From the NCBI GenBank assembly GCA_004431415.1, contig QPMI01000408.1, positions 868,001 through 932,000 of the forward strand: a stretch of DNA of 64,000 bases, given 5' to 3'. How positions within the stretch are numbered: position 1 is the first letter of the stretch; each line of letters begins with the position of its first letter. The DNA comes from Cyanophora paradoxa CCMP329 (lineage: Eukaryota > Plantae > Glaucophyta). Of the stretch, positions 32,154-40,641 are shown piece by piece. Made by a program: the position numbers and the translations under genes. The notes under the pieces are model-generated. The model saw only the letters and a list, made by a program, of their open reading frames with translations. It was not told where the DNA came from and searched no databases.

Positions 32154-33096
32154 ATGGCCCCGAGATTCATAATAACAGCTCCACCTGGAAGTTGGCAAGT
32201 CGACATTTTATTTATTGGGAAATTTCGTTTATTTGCAGCCGTGGAAATAGCCAGCCGATTTGCAATTGTTAGAAAACTTGAAGACGCAAAGCAAATCCCT
32301 GCGTTTATATCCAAGCTTCCCGGGATCTGGGGATTCTCTGGAGATAATGGCTTTAACACTGTAAGGATTCTCTGTAAGGGCAATGGCAGAGGCTAATAGG
32401 TTGAAAATGCACACTGATGTTGCCAAAGATGATCACATTTCGAAGGGGGACAAGCTAGGAGTTATCGATCGATTTGCAAGGACATTGCGGGCGATTATAG
32501 AGAAAGACTCAGAGTCCAGAGGCTCCCCCCACTTCCTTTCAAGGCTGCCAACCCTGGTCAGAGCTTATAATGAAACAAAGCACTCAGCCTTTGGAGGGGA
32601 GTACTCTCCAGCATGGATGCACAGCCATAGGCAGGTTGCAACACAGCTGCATTTAGTGAGGCAGAGGCAAAACGATATTGAGAGGGATGCAATGAATGTA
32701 CCAAAACCAGGCACAGAAGTTCAAATATTGGAACCCAAGCCAAACATATTTGCAAAGGGAACAACAAAACAAAGCAAGGAAACCTATGTTGTTGTAGGTC
32801 AGGAAGGCAACCGCATTAGAGTGGCAACAAAAGACGGGACTGTTTTAAGTCGCAGAGTCAAACCATCCGAGATTAAAACACCTAAACAGCTGCCAGATCA
32901 AACAAAAATAATCAAAGCAAAAGCAAAGGCCAGGCAAGAAACTCAATTACGTAGAGAGGGCTTGATCGATTCCAAAAAGTTTAGTTCTCAGACCAAACAG
33001 GCCCGAGAACTTAAGAGATTGGAAATTGCAGGAGAGTCAGCTCTGCGTGCTGGTGCGAGAGTTGATCGCGGCTACAGCAGCTTGAAGAGCAAGTAA
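32154..33096 (+). pseudogene. rve integrase of element C, frameshifted near 32362-32374
   Basis: Collinear with the intact integrase at 53906; WQVDIL, GDNGF, LGVIDRFARTLR; lesion is not a homopolymer slip. Confidence 0.85.
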
Positions 33097-33372
33097 CCTT
33101 TGTTTACACCTCAACCTATAGGCGCGATCTAATTCCCTTTTACGCTCAATATGTGCAAGCCTGTATTCGTTTGAACAGGCGATTTGTCTCCTTCGATATT
33201 CCTCATTGTTATGGTAACGAATTTTTTGTTGTTCAGCACGTTTTTTGCGTCTAGCTTCTACAATTTCTGGAGTAACTTCAATTTGTGGGCGCCCACGCTT
33301 GGGTTTAATGACAGAGTCGCTATCAGTAAAGTGCACCATAAGCTCTTCGTTGTTCATATAGATGATCGACAT
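33037..33372 (-). CDS. small basic helical protein, putative DNA-binding
   Basis: KRGRP AT-hook-like motif; homologue of 16859-17137. Confidence 0.7.
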   Translation of the reverse strand: MSIIYMNNEELMVHFTDSDSVIKPKRGRPQIEVTPEIVEARRKKRAEQQKIRYHNNEEYRRRQIACSNEYRLAHIERKRELDRAYRLRCKQRLLALQAAVAAINSRTSTQS

Positions 33373-33452
33373 ATCTTTAAGTGATAGAAACTTTTTGCAA
33401 CTTTTAGCGCGTTATATTCGAAAAAATAAAACCCGCGATTTATATAAATAAA

Positions 33453-33815
33453 ATGGTCGCAGACAAGCAGCGACGCTGCGCCAGCGGAACACAAATGCAA
33501 AACGAACCTCAAGCGAAACTCGCAACGATTAGAATAGGGAAGTATCGAGGGTTGACTCACCTGGAGGTAGCTTTCTGTGATCCTAATTATGCTCGGTGGC
33601 TGATGAACTGGAGCAAGCTCCGGGAAACGGACCGAGACCATTTTCAACAGGCTTTTAGGTTAATCAGTGAATCAAAACCAGAAATTCTATGGAGAGTGTA
33701 TCAAAATGAAAAGCAAGCCAGGACTGCCCAGCAGCGTTCAGAGAGGCCGCAGGCAACTGTTGAGCCAACTGACCTTGATCTGGACTTATCAGAGGCGGAT
33801 GCGCCGGGCTTTTGA
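33453..33815 (+). CDS. hypothetical protein with GKYRG motif
   Basis: Homologue of 17225-17560. Confidence 0.7.
   Translation: MVADKQRRCASGTQMQNEPQAKLATIRIGKYRGLTHLEVAFCDPNYARWLMNWSKLRETDRDHFQQAFRLISESKPEILWRVYQNEKQARTAQQRSERPQATVEPTDLDLDLSEADAPGF
33456..33482 (+). mobile_element. 27-nt micro-element directly after the ATG
   Basis: GTCGCAGACAAGCAGCGACGCTGCGCC. Confidence 0.75.
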
Positions 33816-33858
33816 ACTCTGAACTAGGCTTAAAGAGATCGCAATCTCAGATTGTAAA

Positions 33859-33885
33859 GTCGCAGACAAGCAGCTCGGCTGCGCC
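33859..33885 (+). mobile_element. 27-nt micro-element 2 nt upstream of the HNH-AP2 start
   Basis: GTCGCAGACAAGCAGCTCGGCTGCGCC; absent at the equivalent site in B (about 17603). Confidence 0.75.
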
Positions 33886-33887
33886 AG

Positions 33888-34448
33888 ATGGAGGTCACAA
33901 TTCCAGAAGGCGCTGTTGCTATCCCGCTTGGTGGTATCCGGAATCATCGTCGAGTAATTGTTGCCTACGCACTAGTTAGTCAGGATGATGCTGAGCGCGT
34001 GCTTGGATTTCGCTGGCGTTTAGATAAAGGATATGCTCGCGCTACTATAAATGGAAAGACCGTGTATTTGCATAACTACATTAGTGGTGATCTCGAGAAC
34101 GGGTTAACCGTTGATCATATAAATCTGAACAAGCTTAACAATCGTCGCGAGAATCTACGTTTGGCAACGAAGCGACAGCAGAATTTGAACCAAAACCGGC
34201 GGGTCACAAACACATCAGGTTTTATTGGTGTTAATTTCCATCAGCAGCATGGTACATGGCGGGCACGTTACAGGATCAATGGCCGTCAAAAGCACATTGG
34301 TTACTTTGCAACCGCAGAAGAAGCTGCTAGTGCCCGTGATGCCTACGCTCTAGAACATACCAGTGAAGATGATAAGCCGTTCTTGCGGCTGAATTTTACA
34401 AACGAATCCTCCGTCCACCCATCGCATTCTTCATCTGTGAGCTCGTAG
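33888..34448 (+). CDS. HNH-AP2 endonuclease
   Basis: VDHINLNKLNNRREN, TSGFIGV, HIGYFATAEEAASARD. Confidence 0.9.
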   Translation: MEVTIPEGAVAIPLGGIRNHRRVIVAYALVSQDDAERVLGFRWRLDKGYARATINGKTVYLHNYISGDLENGLTVDHINLNKLNNRRENLRLATKRQQNLNQNRRVTNTSGFIGVNFHQQHGTWRARYRINGRQKHIGYFATAEEAASARDAYALEHTSEDDKPFLRLNFTNESSVHPSHSSSVSS

Positions 34449-35028
34449 AATTTGGTTCAGAGACATAAGGTGATGCAGTTTTAACCTCGGCAGAATCAAG
34501 CGATTGCTCTGCCTTTATTTTTTCATTTTTCAAATAGCGTAAATCTGGTACGTCCATAGGTCTGTGCTTAAACATCTCGCTTCGCAACATATCGCGGATC
34601 TTTGCTCTCTCTTGCTTGTCTTTTACATACGATTCGATATTAGCTGATCGAGCCTCGAGATCTCGCAATTTAGCTGTTAGTTCCTCGATCTGACTCTTTG
34701 ATACTGTTGGTTGTTTAATCTTCGGGCCAGAGTACCGCGATTCGCTAGCCATTGCTTGTATAATTCTAGCAGCATCATTGTCGATATCGGACTGCATTTC
34801 AGTAACAGTTTTAGCCTGTGCGTGACGGTCATCAATCGCACTGGCATTAGCAGTTGCCGAGGCAATCATTTTAGCAACGGGTGCATTAAGACGTGGGTCA
34901 CTAGCTAGTTCACCGCTAGGAGCAGCAACAGCTGCGCCCTCTGTCGCACCACTTTCGATGAGAGGGGCGTTTGGCTCTGGGAGCACCCTTCGTTCACGAA
35001 AACCCTTTCTTGGAATCCCACGGGGCAT
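34396..35028 (-). CDS. hypothetical viral protein
   Basis: Orthologue of 18128-18760. Confidence 0.8.
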   Translation of the reverse strand: MPRGIPRKGFRERRVLPEPNAPLIESGATEGAAVAAPSGELASDPRLNAPVAKMIASATANASAIDDRHAQAKTVTEMQSDIDNDAARIIQAMASESRYSGPKIKQPTVSKSQIEELTAKLRDLEARSANIESYVKDKQERAKIRDMLRSEMFKHRPMDVPDLRYLKNEKIKAEQSLDSAEVKTASPYVSEPNSTSSQMKNAMGGRRIRL

Positions 35029-35037
35029 CTTCTGTTC

Positions 35038-35782
35038 TTAAGCTAAGATTTTAAAACGCTTCTTTTAGAGACAACAGGCGAAGACTCTTCTTTTTAGACT
35101 CTTCTTCTTGTCTTAGCCACTTTGTAAAGCGAAAACTCTTATCTTCAATCGCTTTATCAATATACCAGGCAGTATCATACTTCGTTCCATCAAGGACTAG
35201 ACACTGATAATCGTGAGCCCAAGTTTCGAACAAGGCTAAGAACTCATCCTTTGGGAGATGACTGAACTCTCTATAAATTGCCTCAAGTTCGGTGTGATTT
35301 GAATAACTAAAGAAAAAGCAGTAATCGCTGTTTGATCTTATCGATTGACTTAATGCTGTTAGCTTTTGCGTCATAAGAATCGTACTGATATTAAAATGGC
35401 GCCCCTGCGTAAAAAGTCGATTTACAGCTTTGCTGTTTCGCAGATCCACGGTTTCAGAGGCGGCGACAAGATCATCCAAGACAAGCAATATCTGCGGCGC
35501 TTTCTTTTTGTTTTCGATCAACTTGCGCTGTGAATCAATGATCTCTGCAACAATGGAGGGCTGAAAGTCGTCGTAAAGCTCTTTAGTTATTGATGAATAC
35601 TCTCCATTGAATTTTGTGGCCGTAAACACGACGACTCGGTTAATCTTTGGATACAGCAGCCGCAGCAGATGCTTGGTGCAATAGAAAGACTTGCCGCTAT
35701 TAGACTTCGAAATAAACAGGGCCTTAAATGGGACCCTCATTTCTTCTGGCTGGAACTTTGCGAGTTCTTGAGACTCATCCAT
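35038..35782 (-). CDS. A32-like packaging ATPase (homopolymer slip near 3' end)
   Basis: Same motifs as 18770-19498. Confidence 0.92.
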
Positions 35783-35833
35783 CAAAAAATTAAGTACTGA
35801 TATTCGCAGGCGAACACAACCGCGACACTTCGA

Positions 35834-37222
35834 CTAGAGGTTCACCTTACGAAGACCCGCGGCATCAACAATTAGGACAGTGTGCAGAAGAGCGCGAATT
35901 TGGACGTAAATCTTGTTGTTTGCATCGTATGCAGCAGGGTTCATGATATTAAGGAAGCAGCTGCTGCTGTTGGTGAGATCCACGAAACCTGTTTGAGCTG
36001 CATTGCGGATAGCCTTCTGGCCGTCTACACAGAATGGCAGGCCAGTCAAGACGTACCGATTAAGAGGAGCATCCAGATTAGAGCATTTGAAGACATCAGC
36101 GAGAAGCTCAGCACCTTGCAGCAGGGGAACAGGCTCGTTTGAGTACAACCTCTGGCCATTCAATTCGCAGGAAATAGTTATATCACGAGCATTGGCCTCG
36201 GTTTTGAGGACACTGTGTTTTCCATCAGTTTGGTTCATATTTGTCTGCTTGCGAATGCTAACAAATAGGCCGAAGCAGAGTCCACTGATTTGAGACAGAT
36301 TAATCCGGGTGGGCGCACCAGCACCTGCATAGGTAATTGAGTCAGCATCAACCCAACCAACTTCAGTTGCAGGAATGGCAATCCCCGAAGATTTGACTTT
36401 CTCAATCACCTGGGCAAAAGTGGCCTCATCAACGTTGATGCAGTGAGCTATAATCTTCGGATTCGAAAGCTCGGGTTTTTCAGGAGTGACAGTGAGGACA
36501 TTGGGAGTTATATTCTGGCCAATGTTTGCAGGGGATGCAGCAGCAGCTCCTACGCTCCCAAGGCCATCGTCTTTAGAGGCATCACCGTTTGCGGCATATT
36601 CTGCTACAAACCTTCCACCATAGCTGGTCTCAACGAAGCCCTGGGCGCGGTCACGGAACCAAACCTCCACAGACACCTCGCCGGAGAGCGCACCAATTGG
36701 AAGCACTGAGCCCTCCCAGGGGCAGGGGATCTTTACACTGAAAATACCTCCAGCGCGATTGCTCCCCTGAGGTGGGGTTCCATGGAGCCAGCCACCAGAC
36801 CGGTATTTCTTTTTAAGCTGAGCATCGTCATTGAAAATCAGAGCGCTGTGAACAAGCCAGTCCTCAGGGACGATGTAGCTGTAGGAAGCATATTTGATTT
36901 CAATTCGCTTTACAAGAGCACCAACAGACCGCAGATAACCAGTGCGAACCAGGTCAGTGTCACCAGTGAAAGCGGTCAGCTCGGGCAGGGTAAACTGGAG
37001 TTCAAGCCCCTGAAGGAAATTGTAACGGGGTAGGAAATAAGTAACCCTCTTTCCGAAGCAGTCTCCATAGTCATTGCTAGGGTTGACAACGACACGCACA
37101 GGCTTTGTTTGGCTGGTTAGACCTAACATAAGCTCGTTATTCATAAAGAAATCCTTAGCTTCCTGCGGAGTTGTGAGCAGCTCCTTTAGACCAAGACGTT
37201 GCAAGTTCTGGGTAACATCCAT
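35834..37222 (-). CDS. major capsid protein, 462 aa
   Basis: NCLDV-like N-terminal motif; C-terminal VQIRALLHTVLIV; lies between ATPase and penton. Confidence 0.88.
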   Translation of the reverse strand: MDVTQNLQRLGLKELLTTPQEAKDFFMNNELMLGLTSQTKPVRVVVNPSNDYGDCFGKRVTYFLPRYNFLQGLELQFTLPELTAFTGDTDLVRTGYLRSVGALVKRIEIKYASYSYIVPEDWLVHSALIFNDDAQLKKKYRSGGWLHGTPPQGSNRAGGIFSVKIPCPWEGSVLPIGALSGEVSVEVWFRDRAQGFVETSYGGRFVAEYAANGDASKDDGLGSVGAAAASPANIGQNITPNVLTVTPEKPELSNPKIIAHCINVDEATFAQVIEKVKSSGIAIPATEVGWVDADSITYAGAGAPTRINLSQISGLCFGLFVSIRKQTNMNQTDGKHSVLKTEANARDITISCELNGQRLYSNEPVPLLQGAELLADVFKCSNLDAPLNRYVLTGLPFCVDGQKAIRNAAQTGFVDLTNSSSCFLNIMNPAAYDANNKIYVQIRALLHTVLIVDAAGLRKVNL

Positions 37223-37268
37223 TGAAGTGTTTATAATTCAAGCGGAAGAAAATAATTCAGCGCTTAGC

Positions 37269-38225
37269 TCAGTTTGACGAATTGATCCAAGGATATGTCT
37301 TTGACCTTTTCTGGAGCTGAAGCTTGGCGAGCTCGTAGACAACATCGCCATTGGGTTCATCTGGGCCATAACGAATTTCGAGTATAAATGAGACAGGACC
37401 TCCATTTAAATCAGCAATTCGCTGCATAAAATCGTAAATCTCAATAGTCACAGAGTAGAGGTCCAGCTTTGAATAAATATACTTGTACAAAGGATGTGCT
37501 TCAGTTGAATCATAATATGCTATCTCGCCTGGACGAAGGACGCTTGGAATTCTCAGCTTCGAGAAGAAGCCAGGTATTGACGTGTTCGGCATACTGACAA
37601 GGTCACCAATTTCAGGAATTCGTAGAAGCACATGATCATCAGGAGTGACATCAGGCTCATAAGCGCCTGCTATATATTCAGTATTTATAGATAATGTCTT
37701 TGACCGAATTGGTAGAATTGATCTCAGCCCTAGAAGCTTTGCAGTTTGCTGAGCCCTTGCAACGGCCTGGTAGTTTCTGACTTCCCGCCCACCCTGGTTC
37801 GTTGGCAACATCAGAGCAATAAAGAACTCGAAGTTAGCTGTGAACCCTATTAATTTGATCGCTGAATTATACGTGCACGTGATACCTGTTCCCGTCAACC
37901 TTTCGTTTATCTCTGTCACAAGCGAGGTGACGTCGTAATTTCCAGGTGGAATTGCAATGTTATTCCACGCTCCAAATCCGGCCTGAGGTGGGTCGGGTCC
38001 TTCATTAGTGGGATCATATTTGCACCAATATATATAGGTGTTAAAGACTAAATCCTCTGCCGGATCGAGTACATCGATTGTGCTCATAGTGTTGGGGATC
38101 TCAGCTGATACCAAGCGCACGGCTTTCACATCCTGATAAACTTTAGGCAGTCTTACTTTAAATTTCGAGGTGGATGTCAGCTCCTCCGCTTGGTGACTTG
38201 CAATGCAGACGTAGTCCGTAGGCAT
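37269..38225 (-). CDS. minor capsid/penton-like protein 1
   Basis: Single jelly-roll terminal motifs and IPPGNY. Confidence 0.8.
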   Translation of the reverse strand: MPTDYVCIASHQAEELTSTSKFKVRLPKVYQDVKAVRLVSAEIPNTMSTIDVLDPAEDLVFNTYIYWCKYDPTNEGPDPPQAGFGAWNNIAIPPGNYDVTSLVTEINERLTGTGITCTYNSAIKLIGFTANFEFFIALMLPTNQGGREVRNYQAVARAQQTAKLLGLRSILPIRSKTLSINTEYIAGAYEPDVTPDDHVLLRIPEIGDLVSMPNTSIPGFFSKLRIPSVLRPGEIAYYDSTEAHPLYKYIYSKLDLYSVTIEIYDFMQRIADLNGGPVSFILEIRYGPDEPNGDVVYELAKLQLQKRSKTYPWINSSN

Positions 38226-38252
38226 CTTTTTTATATCAGTTAGAGAATAAAA

Positions 38253-39143
38253 ATGCGGCTTACCTTTGACAGCAGAGACAGAAGGCCAATCGATTCAGAG
38301 GCAAACTTCGTGCTCGAAATCAATGAACCGATAATCAATCCAGTTGCTGTTCGACTAACCCAGTGTGAGTTCGCAAACAGCCTTTACACCAGCATTAAAG
38401 CTGAGTATCTTTCCATCACCTTTCCCTACCTTGGAACGCAAAACGTGGAGGTGTTTGAGCCTGGCATAATTACGACTGCAAATCTGGGCGAAACAGATAT
38501 TTACAACTTTGGCCTATCATTTAATATTGAGCTAGAAGGGATTTCAATTGCGTATTTTAAACTATTTCGAGACCCAGAGACGCTGAAAATGTCTGCGTAT
38601 TGCAACCGTTCCTGCACACTGACCTGCCAGTTCAAAGCCTTATCGAATCTGCTCGGGCTGAACCGAAATGAGCCCCTCCAGCTGTCTCCTATTGTGCTTG
38701 AAGGGCCGCAAAGACCAGCAACTGCAGCTGAGCGGTATCTAGAGGTTGCTGGCATTCCAGTGACACCTGCTCACCCTGAGTACGGCGTGGATTTCACCGG
38801 AAGAATGCAGAGTATAGCACTTGGTTACGCCGTCGAATTTCCAAAGATAATCGACATGAACAGCGACCAGTACCTCTTCCTTGTCTGCGAAGAGCTACGG
38901 CCGTTTGCTTCGAAGCTTCGCCGTGGGGCTAAATCAATGTGTAATTACGGGCTCGCTCGAATCCAGATGAGCCAGGATGTTGGCAAGTTCGTTTATATAA
39001 ATCAGGAAAATGACGGCGAGTGGATCCACATCGAAGAGCGCCTGGTGCTGACCTCTCTGCGACTGCGCATTGTCGACAGAGATGGTGATGACGTCTCTCT
39101 GAATGGCCTGCCTTGGTCTGGTGAACTGCAATTTCTAGTTTAG
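38253..39143 (+). CDS. minor capsid/penton-like protein 2
   Basis: FDSRDR...LNGLPWSGEL. Confidence 0.8.
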   Translation: MRLTFDSRDRRPIDSEANFVLEINEPIINPVAVRLTQCEFANSLYTSIKAEYLSITFPYLGTQNVEVFEPGIITTANLGETDIYNFGLSFNIELEGISIAYFKLFRDPETLKMSAYCNRSCTLTCQFKALSNLLGLNRNEPLQLSPIVLEGPQRPATAAERYLEVAGIPVTPAHPEYGVDFTGRMQSIALGYAVEFPKIIDMNSDQYLFLVCEELRPFASKLRRGAKSMCNYGLARIQMSQDVGKFVYINQENDGEWIHIEERLVLTSLRLRIVDRDGDDVSLNGLPWSGELQFLV

Positions 39144-40618
39144 GTAACGTCCCCGGAAATCAAGCCGGAACGCGTTCACATTTATAAATTCGTTTGTTAT
39201 AATTTGCACATAGTTATACACCTGTGGGGTGATCAAGTGCGAGTCACTATGCATTAGATCGAAGCCTGTCATAGATGGGTTTGCAGCAAGCACATTGGCT
39301 AGGACCGTATTTTCAAATAGTGACCCGTCTCGTAAATATCCTAAATTGGTCAGAATGCTGAAATTAAATAGGACTCCGGCGGCAAAGGCTGGCCCATACA
39401 TAATTATTTGATGTAGCTCAAAAGGCTTAGGAAACTCGACTTTGATCCAGGGATTAGGTAAAGTGCCCCCTTGGAACCCTGTTGAGTTAGGTCGAACGTG
39501 AGAAGGTGGGTGCAATTCCTCAAAGTCGTTGCTTGTGATGTTTGCATCTGGAATTATAAACCAGTTGACATCAAATGGCGGCTCAACTGTTAAGGTAGAC
39601 GATATGATAAGTCTCTCATCGTTCAGTAGGTCGTAGTTCGCCAGTAGAAAGCTGCAGAGTGCATTTATTTTAGCATTTATTTCGGTTTGTTTCAGCCATA
39701 AATCAGTCGTGGAAATCAAATAAGAAATATTCGAAGGGGAGGCATCATCAAGCTTGCTCATAACTGCAGCTGGCAGCGGAACACTTAAACGCCAGTATCT
39801 AGTTAAATTTCTATCTGCATCAACTGGAAGCAGCTCCTGCATTTGAAAGTGCGATTCCAGCTCGCTCCCAGCCATTAGCATAGAAATAATTGGGCTGCCT
39901 GAGAGGGATAAGATCCAGCCCAGGGCGCCCCAGCCTGACGTCTCCGCATTCGAAAAGCCTGCAGTCAGTTGCTCACTGGCTTGGACCTCACCACAGCTGA
40001 TGCTCACAAGAACAATTGGATCCTCTGCATCATAAATTTTGCTGGCGTGGCTTAGCGCTGCAACTGAGGGATTATTTAAACAGGCGATGGCCCCATCAAC
40101 AAGGTTTTGTCTCCTAGAACCTTCGGTGGAAAGAATGTTGGCGCTGCAGAAGATGCTCTAACTGCATCACGAATCAGCGTGCTCGAGTATGGCCCATCTT
40201 TGGTGAAAACTACGGGCTGCATCCGAACTGTATCAAACGCTGTAATTAATATGTCTTTGGTCGATTCTGCAATTGTGTAGTCTAGGGCAACGTCTGTGAG
40301 CACCGACTCCAGAGGGTTTCCATCATAGCGGCTTCCTGAGAGCAAGCTTGTGAGTGATCTCGGATTTGCGAATATTACAGGTAGGTTCGTTTGATATAAA
40401 CTGAAGATATCACCTGCAGAATATCGATAAGCGAGAACAGAGCCTGGAGTTGATGGGATAGCCAAACCGGCCGCTATTATTGCCCCTGTTGAGGTGCCTG
40501 CAAAGAAATCAAACAGCTGTGGAATTGCTTTCCCAGTAATCGCCTCGATCCGCTGTAGAATTCGGGCAATGACTATGCCACGAGCACCTCCACCTGATAG
40601 TGAGAGAATGACCTTCAT
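39135..40618 (-). CDS. patatin-like phospholipase fusion, about 494 aa (one frameshift near 40105)
   Basis: GGGARG, GTSTG, DGA; one missing A relative to B. Confidence 0.85.
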
Positions 40619-40641
40619 TTTTAAAAGGGGCTTATATAAAA

